This document shows, in pieces, positions 40,860 to 53,986 of a stretch of DNA of 64,000 bases. The notes below the pieces were generated by a model that saw only the letters and a list, made by a program, of their open reading frames with translations, ran no database searches and was not told the DNA's origin. The position numbers and the translations under genes are program-made. Within the stretch, counting starts at the first letter, position 1; each line of letters begins with the position of its first letter. The stretch lies in NCBI GenBank assembly GCA_951406725.2, contig OX597832.1, forward strand, positions 24,056,001 through 24,120,000, written 5' to 3'. The DNA comes from Octopus vulgaris. Lineage: Eukaryota.

Positions 40860-41192
40860 TCTTGGCTCAAGTTCTCTCTCTCTCTTTCTCTTACTCTCTT
40901 TTTTGCTCAATTTCTTTGTCCCTCTCTTATTCTTTCTTCCTTGCTCTAGCCCTTTCTCTTTCTCTCTCTCCCTCTCTAATGCTTTCTTGCTCACGCTCTC
41001 TCCTTCCCTCACTCATTCTCCTTTGCTCTCTCTTGCTCATGCTTTCTCTCTCTCCCTCTATCTTACTCTCTCTTTTTTGCTCAAGTTCTTTGTCCTTCCC
41101 TTATTCTTTCTTCCTTGCTCCTGCCCCGCCCTCTCTCTCCCTTAATGCTTTCTTGCTCAAGCTTTCTCCTTTGCTCTCTCTTGCTCATGCTT

Positions 41193-41223
<31 letters not shown>

Positions 41224-41325
41224 TTTGCTCAAGCTCTCTCTCTTGCTCATTCTCCTTTGCTCTCTCTCCCTCTTGCTCATGCTTTCTCTCTCTCTTGCTC
41301 ACGCTCTCTACCACCTCACTCTCTC
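40860..41325. repeat. CT-rich polypyrimidine minisatellite
   Basis: Recurring TTGCTCA(A/T)G units in (CT)n, with a ~170 bp internal duplication. Confidence 0.85.
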
Positions 41326-42280
41326 AATAGAAAACCATATTTATAGTCTATTCTTTGTCTTCCCTGCTATAGATTAATCATACAAACCTGAATCAATCTC
41401 CACTCTTAATTGAGATACAATGTATACAACATGCATTACTCTAGGGTATTCAAGGAAAATGAAAGTTCCGTAGGTTCATCATAGAGAGGATTATAGGATT
41501 ATCTATTGGCAGCAGCAGATTCTGTTAAGGCTGGTGACAAGGCTGACATTACACTGCTTTCCTTACTTTCCTTCCGATTCTATTATATGAAGTGGAACCG
41601 GTCAATAACAGAAACTTAATACTTAAGTTCCTGGCTCTTGTCTTATTCAATTGATTGACAATCACCATGCAATTTGTACATTAATTTCTTTATCTAATTA
41701 ATATATTGTAGAGTTAATAAAGGTTCACTTAAGGCAGAAATTTCATTTTGATATAGGATATGACTATCATATATCATTTATGTGTGTGTGTGTGTATATA
41801 TATATACACATACACACATACATATCCATACTTACCTAACTGTATGCTTCCATACACACACATGTTCGTATTTCAAGGTTTAATTAATAGTTCAAACAAA
41901 TTAACACACAAAAAGCGTTTATTCATCAAAATATATCCCATCATATTCTGCTGTCTGCTACTATCGTTGTGCCAGAAACTGAATGCCATACTTATACCAT
42001 TTGACTGGGTTTGAGGTGAAGAATTCCCTGTGCCCATTTTCAATGTCTTCCACATTGTTAAACCGTGGTTCAAAAAAGGTGGACAGTGATACAAGATGAT
42101 GCAGCACTTCCAGCTTCTCAAGTTTGCATTTGGTCACATTGGCAGAAGTTCAACATGTCCTTGTTGCCTGACATGCTTTTGAGGGAGATTGGAAATGAAG
42201 GACGCTGATCTCATGTTGGTGATGTTCATTTATAACCATCATGCAAAGTCAAAAGTATGGGACAGTAACACACACACACA

Positions 42281-43073
42281 CACTGGACTTCTTTCAATTT
42301 CCATCTACCAAATCCACTCACAAGGTTTTGGTTGGCCTGAAGCTATAATAGAAGACATTTGCCCAAGGTGCCACACAGTAGAACTGAACCCAGAACCATG
42401 TGGTTGTAAAGCAAGCTTCTTACCACACAACAATGCCTGTGGACGAGCTTCTTTCAGTTTCCATCTGCCAAATCCACTCACAGGGTTTTGGTTGGCCTGA
42501 AGCTATGATAGAAGACACTTGCCCAAGGTGCCACACAGTAGGACTGAACCCAGAACTGTGTGGTTGGAAAGTAAGCTTCTTACCACACAGCCATGCCTGC
42601 GGACGGGCTTCTTTCAGTTTCCATCTACCAAATCCACTCACAAGGTTTTGGTTGGCTTGAAGCTATAATAGAAGACACTTGCCCAAGGTGCCACACAGTA
42701 GGACTGAACCCAGAACCATGTGGTTGGTAAGCAAGCTTCTTATCACACAGCCATGCCTGTGGACGGGCTTCTTTCAGTTTCCATCTACCAAATCCACTCA
42801 CAAGGCTTTGGTTTTGCCCAAGGTGCCACACAATAGGACTGAACCCAGAACCATGTAGTTGGAAAGCAAGCTTCTTACCACACAGCCATGCCTGCGGATG
42901 GGCTTCTTTCAGTTTCCATCTACCAAATCCACTCAAAGGGCTTCAGTTGGCCTGACAGAGACTATGGACAGAAATAGAAGAGACTCCCCCAAGCTTCCAT
43001 GCAGTGGTACTGAACCCCAGACCATGTTCTCTGTGATTTGGAAACAGAACTTTAACCACACAGCCACGCCTGC
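42281..43073 (-). repeat. Tandem array of five SINE A 5' heads
   Basis: Units start at 42281, 42441, 42601, 42761 (160 bp period) and 42896; unit 4 lacks about 25 bp. Confidence 0.92.
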
Positions 43074-43274
43074 ATACATGCAAAAGATCATTCGTAATCT
43101 GTACTTTTTCCGGAATTCCAAATTATAATCAGCAGAGTTTTATTTTTATATTGCTTTCTTGAAATGAACTGAGATTTTTTTCTTCAGATTCTGGTGGCTA
43201 AAATTATCAATCTGTAAAATAGATAAATAGATACCATTGTCCAGCCACATAATTCATATAATAATCTTCTATCT

Positions 43275-43379
43275 CTTCTTATATTAGTTTTAATATATGT
43301 GTGTGTGTGTGTATGTATATGTATGTGTGTATATATGTATGTGTGTGTGTATATATATGTATATATATGTGTGTGTATG

Positions 43380-43410
<31 letters not shown>

Positions 43411-43688
43411 ATGTATATATATATATGTGTGTCTGTATGTAAATATATGTGGGTGTGTGTATGTATATAATATATGTGTTTGTGTGTATGTATATGTATA
43501 TATATGTGTGTGTGTATGTATATATATGTGCGTGTGTATATATGTATATATATGTGTGTATATATATATGTATATATGTGTGTGTGTATATATATGTATA
43601 TATATATGTGTGTGTGTGTGTATGTATGTATATATATATATATATATATGTGTTTATATATAAGTACATATATGTGTGTATGTGTGTG

Positions 43689-43719
<31 letters not shown>

Positions 43720-44015
43720 ATGTATGTGCGTTACTATATATTTGCTAATGAAACGAAATATGTGTGTTTATATATCCACAGTACATATAGCTGTGTATGT
43801 GTGTTATATATATATATATATATATATATGTGTTTGTGTGTATGTATATATATGTGTGTGTGTATGTATATATATGTGTGTTATAATATATATATATGTG
43901 TTTATATATAAGTACATATATGTGTGTATGTGTGTATATATATATATGTGTGTGTGTGTATGTATGTATATATATATATATATATGTGTTTATATATAAG
44001 TACATATATGTGTGA
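43275..44015. repeat. Compound TA/TG microsatellite
   Basis: Direct reading; recurring TGTTTATATATAAGTACATA marker. Confidence 0.93.
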
Positions 44016-44517
44016 ACGTTGAATTGAGCTGATATTTCATCATTTATTATCTAATACAGTAATTGAATGAATAAATAAACGAATAAATGAATAAAAACTA
44101 AAATAAATAAATAAATAAATAAATAAATTTTCTGTTGCTAGGTGCTTTTCTTTTCATTCCGCTCACATCATATAATATTATCGATGTGAGGTTTTTCCTT
44201 GAACCAATAGTCATCGGTTTCAGTCTACTATACCTATCAAGTCTGGGTTTTCAGACGTTGTTGCTATGTTGTTCTGGGTGGGAATTGCAGACAGAGAATC
44301 ACCCTCACATTACACAATGACCTTCAAAGCGTAGGAGTTCCATGCCTGATTTTTATGAATTAAAATGTTTGCCGAGTTTATATTTAACCGATCGTTGTTT
44401 CATCTCGGTAAATAGACCATCAAGTCTGTCAGACGTTTTGCTATTCTTTCTGGGTGGGAATGCAGACAGAGAATCATTAAAAAAAAAAAAAAAAAAAAAA
44501 AAAATGAAATCTATATA

Positions 44518-44927
44518 GGCGTAGGAGTGGCTGTGTGGTAAGTAGCTTGCTAACCAACCACATGGTTACGGGTTCAGTCCCACTGTGTGGCACCTTGGGC
44601 AAGTGTCTTCTGCTATAGCCCCGGGCCGACCAATGCCTTGTGAGTAGATTTGGTAGACGGAAACTGAAAGAAGCCTGTCGTATATATGTATATATATATA
44701 TATATAAGTGTGTGTGTATATGTTTGTGTGTCTGTGTTTGTCCCCCTAGCATTGCTTGACAACCGATGCTGGTGTGTTTATGTCCCCGTTACTTAGTGGT
44801 TTGGCAAAAGAGACCGATAGAATAAGTACTGGGCTTACAAAAGGATAAATCCCGTGGTCGAGTTGCTCGATTAAAGGCGGTGCTCCAGCATGGCCACAGT
44901 CAAATGACTGAAACGAGTAAAAGAGTA
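44518..44927 (+). mobile_element. SINE family A, full length
   Basis: GGCGTAGGAGTGGCTGTGTGG...GGTTCAGTCCC...GACTGAAACGAGTAAAAGAGT. Confidence 0.93.
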
Positions 44928-45167
44928 TATTATCTGTACAGAGGGTGGAGTGGGGGATAAAATAAGGGATAGAGAGAGTAAGAAAAAGAGAGAGAGGGGG
45001 GTAATAAGAAGGATGTGGTGAGTATGCGTGTAAAAATATGCAAAATAAATAAATAAGTACCTTTGAATTTATTAGTCTGTTTTGTGTTGTTTTGGGTTTT
45101 AAGACAATATATATCTCATACTGTTCAGTTATCCATCAAAAGTCAGTTGATTTGGTGACAGGGTTAT

Positions 45168-45770
45168 AAGGCAGTGAGCTGGCAGAAACGTTAGCACGCC
45201 GGGCGAAATGCTTGGCGGTATTTCGTCTGTCTCTACGTTCTGAGTTCAAATTCCGCCGAGGTCAACTTTGCCTATCATCCTTTCGGGTTCGATTAAATAA
45301 GTACCAGTTATGCACTGGGGTCGATATAATCGACTTAATCCATGTGTCTGTCCTTGTTTGTCCTCTCTGTGTTTAGCCCCTTGTGGGTAATAAAGAAATA
45401 GGTATTTCATCTGCCGTTACGTTCTGAGTTCAAATTCCGACGAGGTCAACTTTGCCTTTCATCCTTTCGGGGTTGATTAAATAAGTAGCAGTTATGCACT
45501 GGGGTCGATATAATCGACTTAATCCGTTTATCTGTCCTTGTTTGTCCTCTCTGTGTTTAGCCCCTTGTGGGTAGTAAAGAAATAGGTATTTCGTATGTCT
45601 CCTACGTTCTGAGTTCAAATTCCGCCGATGTCAACTTTGCCTTTCTTCCTTCCGGGGTCGATTAAATAAGTACCAGTTTCGCATTGGGGTCGATATAATC
45701 GACTTAATCTATGTGTCTGTCTTTGTTTGTCCCCTCTGTGTTTAGCCCCTTGTGGGTAGTAAAGAAATAG
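45168..45770 (+). mobile_element. SINE family B trimer
   Basis: One head plus three ~185 bp bodies; junctions near 45400 and 45585; TSD-like GGTTATA(A)GGCAG flanks. Confidence 0.92.
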
Positions 45771-46084
45771 GTTATAGGCAGAGAAATATTGTGTGTACTC
45801 TTTCTTCTTGCAGTCGCTTGCCGGTTCTAATGGGATCCATCACATTTCTTTTGTTGAATTCATTAACATACTGCCTTTGTTTCAATTAATTTTGGGGGTG
45901 GAAAAAAATGAAGGTTCTAGTAAACTAATTGTCATTATCAAGATGGGGTTTGGAGCATTAACACTTTAGCATTTAAACTGGCCAGCCCTTTGATGATTTG
46001 CAGTGCTTGAGAAGACTTATCAAGCCAAGTGAAATTGTAGTTGTGGCTGGCGCTGGTCACATGTAAAAGGCACCCACTAAACTT

Positions 46085-46376
46085 ACAGTGGTTAGAGCGT
46101 TAAGCTAGCAATCATGAGGTAGTGAGTTCTATACCAAGACCGAGCTGTGTGTTGTGTTCTTGAGGAAAACACTTTATTTCACATTGCTCCAGTTCACTCA
46201 GCTGTAGAAATGAGTTGTGGCATCACTGGTGCCAAGCTGTATCGGCCCCTTTGCCCTTTCCTTATTAGTGGCATGGAGAGGGTCTTCCATAAACAACCTG
46301 CCCAGACTTGTGCCTCAAAGGGGAACTTTCTAGATGCAATCCCATGGTCATTTATGATCAAAGGGGATCTTTACAC
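46085..46376 (+). mobile_element. tRNA-derived CORE-like SINE, family D
   Basis: AGTGGTTAGAGC A-box, GAGTTCTATACC B-box-like, GTTGTGTTCTTGAGGAAAACACTTTATTTCACATTGCTCCAGTTCACTCAGCTGTA resembles a CORE-type domain. Confidence 0.65.
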
Positions 46377-46704
46377 TTTTGGAGTGGTTGGCATTAGGAA
46401 GAGCATCTAGCCATGGAAACCAAACCAAATTCAGAATGAAACCTGGTGCAGCTCTCCGGCTTGCCAGTTCCTTTCAAGCTGTCTAACCCATGCCAGCATG
46501 GAAAGCAGACATTGAATGATGATGATGTTGATATCCATCCAAAATATTCTGCCTGTTTTATGTAAAAATAGGCCAGATCCAGCCTCTCGTACCTACTCTA
46601 CAATGTTAGTCTAAAAATAAACAATCACATCATTGAAATCCCAAGGCTACAAAAAACAAAATGCAGGATAAATTCAAAACATTGTGAATAAATAAGTATT
46701 ACAT

Positions 46705-46983
46705 TTGCCGCCTTAGCTGGCTTCCGTGCCGGTGGCACGTTAAAAGCTCCAACCGATCGTGGCCGATGCCGGACCCCCCTGGCACCTGTGCAGGTGGCAC
46801 GTAAAAAGCACCCACTACACTCGCGGAGTGGTTGGCATTAGGAAGGGCATCCAGCTGTAGAAACTCTGCCAGATCAGACTGGAGCCTGGTGCAGCCCCTG
46901 GCTTCCCAGACCCCGGTCGAACCGTCCAACCCGTGCTAGCGCGGAAAACGGACGTTAAACGATGATGATGAGGATGATGATGA
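46705..46983 (+). mobile_element. SINE-like family C
   Basis: Family core and GAT tail. Confidence 0.88.
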
Positions 46984-47244
46984 TTTGAAGAAATCTGAAT
47001 GGTAAACCCAAAACCACATGTATGCAAAGATGCCATTCCATACAGAAATGCTCCCCCCTCCCATTTTCATATGCACAGTCTATCTGGGACTACATTATAC
47101 AACATGGTCCCTTTTGAGGTGTGTAAGTGGGAGAACATGGCGGAGTGGTTTGGCTGCTATTTCTTGTGGTTCTAGTGACCATGTAGAAGCTCGCAGAGAA
47201 AGAGGATGTAAATTGACTAACATATTCAAAAGTCTGGGCTGAGA

Positions 47245-47458
47245 TTGTGTGTGAGTGAGTGAGTGTGTGTTTGTGTGTGTGTGTGAGTGAGTGTGTGTTT
47301 GTGTGTGTGAGTGAGAGTGTGTGTGGGTGAGTGAGTGAGTGAGTGTGTGTGAGTGAGTGAGTGAGTGTGTGTGAGTGAGAGTGTGTGTGTGAGGGAGTGA
47401 GTGTGTGTGTGAGGGAGTGAGTGAGTGTGTGTGTGTGTGAGGGAGTGAGTGTGTGTGT
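47245..47458. repeat. (GT)n/(GAGT)n microsatellite
   Basis: Direct reading. Confidence 0.93.
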
Positions 47459-47949
47459 TAATTTGTGCTTGTAGTTGCAAGTTGGAGTTGAAGGAGTTAA
47501 TTGTTTGGTGTTGTTGTGTTGTGGAGTTCACTCTCTCTTGTCTTTAAGTGTCTCTCTCTCTCTCTCTCTCTCGTTATCATTATTATTGTTTTTGTTTTTT
47601 TCTTTTTGATAGCTTTGTCTGTTTGCAAAGTAGTTATGTAAATATGTTTCATGTTGCCAGCGTTCTAATTGCAGAAACAATGGTCAGAAAACAATTGTCA
47701 TTTTCCTGATTTGGAAGTCCATCCTTTTATTTTATTTTATTTTGTTATTATTATCGCTGTTGTTGTTATTATTTTTATGCCTATATTTTTAGAACACCCG
47801 TCTCCCTTGCTCAGTAAAGCGGCTTCATATTCTGTACCCCCACCAACACCACCGCCGCCTTCCTCTCTCCCTCTCTTTGTCACACACACACACACACAAC
47901 ATACATATCCATAGACCCTCTGTAATTTGCGAGTGCCCACAAAATGGCC

Positions 47950-48555
47950 GATGACAGTACCACCTGATTGGCACTTGTGCCAATGGAACATTAATACCAC
48001 ATCCAAGTGTGATCATTACCAGGGCCACAGATTGACTCCCCGTGCTGGTGGCACGTAAAATGCACACATTTGAGTGTAATTGTTGCCAGCATCGCCTTAC
48101 CGGCACGTGAGAAACATTTGAGCATGGTCGTTGCCAGTGCCACCGGACTGGCTCCCGTGCAGGTAGCATGTTAAAAGCACCTTTTGAGCGTGGTCGTTGC
48201 CAGAACTGCCTGACTGGCCCTCGTGCCGGTGGCACGTAAAAGCACCCACTACGCTCTTGAAGTGGTTAGTGTTAGGAAGGGCATCCATCTGTAGAAACTT
48301 TGCCAGATCAGATTGAGCCTGGAGAAACAACATTTGAGGATGGTCCTTGCCAGTGCCACCGGACTGGCTCCCGTGCAGGTAGCATGTTAAAAACACCTTT
48401 TGAGCGTGGTCGTTGCTAGAACTGCCTGACTTGCCCTCGTGACGGTGGCACGTAAAAGCACCCACTATGCTCTCAGAGTGGTTGGCGTTAGGAAGGGCAT
48501 TCAGCTGTAGAAACTTTGCCAGATCAGATTGGAGCCTGATGCAGCCTTGTGGCTT

Positions 48556-48587
<32 letters not shown>

Positions 48588-48877
48588 AGCATTCACCTGG
48601 GGTGGGTTGAGCTGGCTTCATTCATCCTCAATGCTGCATCTCTCACAAACGCCGACCAGGCCTGGCGATTTGCGGCTAACGACCGCATGATCTCCAACCA
48701 CTCCTTATTCCAGCAGCGAACGCCGTAGACATGGGGGGCCTAGGTTGGGTTCCAGATCAGCCTTGACTGTCGTTTTTCGTTGTCCAGCCTTGTGGCTCAC
48801 CAGTCTTCAGTAAAAACTGTCCAACCCATGCCAGCATGGAAAGCGGACGTTAAACGACGATGATGATGATGATGATG
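47950..48877 (+). mobile_element. SINE-like family C with ~220 bp internal duplication and nested RTE
   Basis: 48112-48322 is repeated at 48328-48540; tail resumes at 48798. Confidence 0.85.
48555..48784 (-). mobile_element. RTE-clade LINE 3' end with (GAA)n tail and 13-bp TSD
   Basis: TTVKADLEPNLG...VYGVRCWNKEWLEIMRSLAANRQAWSAFVRDAA; TSD CAGCCTTGTGGCT at 48542-48554 and 48785-48797. Confidence 0.85.
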
Positions 48878-49347
48878 TACTTATACACACATTCCAGCAT
48901 ACATACACTCCCTTTCTCTCTCTCTCTCTCTCTCTCATACATACATACATACATACATACCCACCCAGACACATTTTATGTGTGAAACTGATCCCTTTGA
49001 TATTTACTCTCTCTGACTGGGGTAGTTTCAAATATAAAGAACAACATAGAAGCTAGTATTGGTGGGGAGAAACAATAAGCTGGTGTAGATTGTAATTTGT
49101 GTGTTTATATATCCTCAAAGCAAAGCGTAAGCACACGTCAATTGGAGTGACATCAAGTGTACGAGAAACAATTGCTCCTCTTCTTCTTCCAACAAAATAC
49201 ACAACTGCACCAGTTGCACTCATTGTTTCTGTTTCGTACTAATGCACAAGTATATTATAACCAAGTGTTGCAGTGACATTAACAGTAAGATTTAGGGTTG
49301 TTGGGTTTTTTTTTTTTTTTTGTGGTGGGGGTTATTTTATTTCTTTT

Positions 49348-49732
49348 GCTCTTTTACTTGTTTCAGTCATTTGACTGTGGCCATACTGGAGCACCGCCTT
49401 TAGTCGAACTAATCAACCCCCAGGACTTATTCTATCGGTCTCTTTTGCCGAACCGCTAAGTTACGGGGACGTAAACACACCAGCATCGGTTGTCAAGCGA
49501 TGTTGGAGGGGACAAACACAGACACACAGACATACACACACATACATATATACATATATATATATATATGACAGGCTTCTTTCAGTTTCCGTCTACCAAA
49601 TCCACTCACATGGCTTTGGTCAACCCGAGGCTATAGCAGAAGACACTTGCCCAAGGTGCCACGCAGTGGGACTGAACCCGGAACCATGTGGTTCGTAAGC
49701 AAGCTACTTACCACACAGCCACTCCTACGCCT
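49348..49732 (-). mobile_element. SINE family A
   Basis: Matches family A with a small internal deletion; head fragments also at 50466-50625, 51058-51203, 59956-60055, 63157-63325. Confidence 0.92.
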
Positions 49733-51230
49733 ATTTATTTATCTTTTTTTTTTCTTCTGCAATTCAAGTATAAGGTGTTGAATCTGGAATTGCTTCAGTC
49801 ATCATTATTAGTGTGGGTTGGATGGAAGTTATGGCGGGCGGAGTGGGGTGGGGGGCAAATTTTCTACAGCTGGGTGCCCTGCCTATCGCCAACCCTCACT
49901 TGTTTCTTAGTAAGGTGATATTTCTTCGTGGCCAGGCCAGACATGATTTTGCAGAATTTTTGAAATGAATGATGCTCATTTTCTACAGTCATGCAATGAC
50001 AATCAAGACAAACACATACACACACACATGTACTCTGTGGTCTTGAATACTCGTCCCCACCCCAGCTTATTGATTTTTAAGATCACCCCATTTTTATTCC
50101 AACCCTAACCCTAACCCTTATTAAATTCTGTTAATCTATCTCCAGTGAAACTTTTGTTGTTAGCTATTCATATTGATACAAATATAACAGCTGGAGAATC
50201 TAATAATTTTATTTTACTTTAAAAACCTATGTATATATGACAAAAAAAAAAGAACATTACAAGTAATACCATATGTTATATAATATATAATATATAATAT
50301 ATAATATAGAATATAATATATAGAATTGGGAAGCCCGAAGGCTGCACCAGGCCCTGCCAGATCTGACTGGAGCCTGGTGCAGCCTTCTGGCCTCCCAGAC
50401 CCTAGTTGAACCTTCCAACCTATGCTAGCATGGAAAGCAGACGTTAAATGATGATGATGATGATGAGGCACAGGCATGGCTGTGTGGTTAGGGAGCTTGC
50501 TTCCTAGCTACATGGTTTCGGGTTCAGTCCCACTGCTTGGCACTTTGGGTAGGTGTCTTCTACTATAGCCCCGAGCCGACCGGAGCTTTGTGATTGAATT
50601 CGGTAGGCGGAAGTTACTGTCGTGTGTGTGTGTGTGCGTATAGCTGCTCAGTGCCTCTCCGAAAGAGAGAGAGGGATAGACTATAATATAGAATATATAG
50701 ACTAAATATCTAATTCTGGTTTTTAAAAAAAATGAAGGGTGACAGCCTAGAAAATTTTAAATAAGGATTTCTCATTTAGGCACAAGGCCAGCAATTTGTG
50801 GGGAGGGCCAAATGTATATCTTAACTAAGGTGAACATTTGAAGCGCACGTATGTGCTAATTTCACTTGCCCCTTGTTAATTTCTTTTGCCTCGTTATGTT
50901 GTTATATGTGCTTTAAGATGCTTTTTTCCTAATTTTTGTACGTACACTATACAATTACTGATTCCCACCCATCCCCATTTATTCCAACCCACCCGCTTAC
51001 ATGAATTTAAGCAAATGTCCAACCCACCTGCCTATTCCAACCACCCCCTATTATTTGGGTTTCCATCTACCAAACCCACTTGTAAGGCTTCGGTCAGTCC
51101 AGAGCTATAGTAGAAGACACTTGCTCAAGGTGTCTCACAGAGGGATTGAACCCAGACCTCGTGGTTGAGAAGCAAACTTCTTAACCACACAACCATGCCT
51201 GTACCTATACATATGTACACACACACACAC

Positions 51231-51281
<51 letters not shown>

Positions 51282-51983
51282 CGATATTTTATTAGGCATG
51301 AATGAGATTTTTAATGAAATCAATTTGTTAAAAACTTAGGGACTTTGCCAAATGTTGGAAAAAACAGAGGGTCATATTTTTGGCAAGACAAACCAGAAAA
51401 ATTTATATTGGATTTAAAATGTTGATATCCAATTATTTTCATTAATTACAGAAAAACTAAATACAAAATAATTATTTTTTTAAAAATCATGGCTGGCCTA
51501 GTCAACCATATCTTGAGACAGTAGCTGCACACCTATCATCTAACAGAAACTCAAAAGATTTGTAGTTGTCCAAAAATGGTCCCTCGACTGTCTCCTCTCT
51601 CTCTCTCTCTCTCTCTCTTGTATTGCACGACACCTCGGCACCTACCACATAATGCACATATGTTATTATATTATACCGGTGACATCAGAATCACATCTTC
51701 TCATGTCACACCAGACGCAGCTGCACGCTATCATGTTGTAACATGTATTAAGAACTGAAGTCCTGGCTGTACAAGAATAGATTTTTTCTGTTGCTCACCA
51801 CATATATAAGCATTGCTGATGCACAGAACTTGTTTCTATGTACCCCACTCAATAATCTCTCTCTCTGTTCTGCATACACAGAAGCGTCAATATCATAGGC
51901 CTCTCCTTATTGCCATACACTCAACATACGAGACATAATGGCCCTCCGATTCTATGATGCGAATTTCATGATTTGACCTTTAA

Positions 51984-52204
51984 CCCTTTTGTTACTGCAT
52001 TAATTTTGAGATGCTCTGTGTTTCTTCAAATTATTTTAAATATAACAAAGAATTTAGTAAAATAACATCATTATCATTAAGCTAGTGTTAGGAACATAAA
52101 TTGTGACTAAGATTTGGTGGAAGATTTGAATTCAAAACTTATGAAAACAAGACATTTATACTAAAGAGCCAGAGTCGGTTTCAGCCGGGTTGGTATCAAA
52201 AGGG
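51984..52204. mobile_element. piggyBac-type MITE, family 2
   Basis: TTAA-CCCTTTTGTTAC ... GTATCAAAAGGG-TTAA; relatives near 39045-39260, 54160-54696, 57587-57690. Confidence 0.8.
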
Positions 52205-52390
52205 TTAATCCTTTAAACCTTTAGTGTTCAGATTTTTTTGTCAAATGTATTGCTTATTTATTCATATTTCTTTGAATTAATCACAGATTATTTCTGCAGC
52301 TTCAAGATTTCAGTGGTGCGTTTGTATATTTTTAGAATGACATTGTAGGATAGGTGTGAGAGGCTGGATCGGGTCAGTTTTATCATAAAA

Positions 52391-52625
52391 CCTATTTCTT
52401 TATTACCCACAAGGGGCTAAGCGTAGAGAGGACAAACAAGGACAGACAAACGGATTGAGTCAATCACATCGACCCCAGTGCGTAACTGGTACTTATTTAA
52501 TTGACCCCGAAAGGATGACAGGCAAAGTCGACTTCGGCGGAATTTGAACTCAGAACGTAGCGGCAGACGAAATACCTCCAAGCATTTCGCCCGGCGTGCT
52601 AATGTTTCTGCCAGCTTGCCACCTT
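52391..52625 (-). mobile_element. SINE family B monomer
   Basis: Matches family B; CATAAAAC repeated at the flanks. Confidence 0.9.
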
Positions 52626-53420
52626 TTCAACATAAAACTAGTTGAATATTTGGGCCATATATGGCCTGAATATTTTGGGACCATATTTTTGTAGAGCAAA
52701 AATGTAAACAAACGCACCCACACACATATATATGCATAACAGCTTCTTTCAGTTTCCATCTACTCCCAAGATTTTGATGGTCATGTGACATTGCACAGTG
52801 GGCCTGAACTAGAAACTGCATAATTGGCAAGCATATTTCTTTTTAAATGGTTAAACTGGCTGTGTCTGAGGCCCAGGCCTTTCATGCCTACCCTACAATA
52901 TCATTCTAGAAATAGCTAATCATATTTAATCATATTATTGAAATCTTGAAGTGACATGGTAATGTTAGATAAAGTCATTTCTGTCTAGAAACAGTTGTAA
53001 ATACTGTGAAATTTTTAACAGTGCAAGTTTATTTTTTCTACATTTGAAGGGGTGATTGATATTTTTGTAATTAATGATGACTTCAGCTTGTGACATTTCG
53101 ATACAAGATGTAGTAGAAAAAAAATGAGAATACTAGTAACCTAGCTTCAGATGGATCAGATAGAGATGTTACTGAATTTTTGTCCAAGTATAATGATAGC
53201 TAAAGAACGCCATTCAGAATATTACAACAATATGGTTAAATAATACGATATCAATACAATATATATCCTTGGCTTCATTGAAAATACATGACAAATCATC
53301 ATCATTTAACGTCTATTTTCCATACTGGCATGCACTGGACGGCTTGACCAGAACTGGCAGAGTCAAGGACCATGCCAGGTTCCATAGTCTCTTTTGGTTT
53401 GGTTTCTGTGGCTGGATGTA

Positions 53421-53986
53421 TTGGGTTGTCCGGAAAGTTTGTGCCAATTTATAGTAGCTTACCTTTCGACTTATTTTAGAACATGGTTGAGTCCATAAAA
53501 TAGGATTTGACTACACCTCCATTTAGAACACAGTTTAAGCTATCTTTTCGTGGAAGAAGATTTATGTTCATATAACCTGTGTTAATTTTGTAAATCCTTA
53601 AAATGGAAGATAAGAAAGTTCATTTTCAGCACTTGATGCTTTTGGAACCAGACAAAAATTGCTGCAGCTTGGCTGGGATGTGTTACCCCACCCTCCATAT
53701 TCACCAGATATTGTTCCTTCGGATTTTCAGTTATTCAGGTCTCTGTAGAATAGTCTTAATGGTAAAAATTTCAATTCCTTGGATGACGTAAAAAGATACC
53801 TTGGTGAATTCTTTGCCATGAAACCACCTCAATTCTGGGAAGAGGGTATTTTTAAGTTAACGGAAAGATAGAGATGCAATCTGCAACAAAATGGTTCATA
53901 TTTGGTTGATTAAAAATGTAATGGCAAGTATTTATTGACCTTTTTCTTTCCTTTAAAAATCGGCATGAACTTTCCAGACAACCCAA
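53421..53986 (+). mobile_element. Internally deleted mariner
   Basis: TIRs TTGGGTTGTCCGGAAAGTT and AACTTTCCAGACAACCCAA; MEDKKVHFQHLML fused to GWDVLPHPPYSPDIVPSDFQLFRSL...FWEEGIFKL...NGSY. Confidence 0.92.

Noticed and set aside
42281-43073. Regular repeats as a possible CRISPR array
   Set aside because: Whole 160-bp units repeat with no unique spacers; SINE-derived and eukaryotic
50101-50118. (CCCTAA) telomeric repeat
   Set aside because: Only about three units, inside a probable decayed repeat
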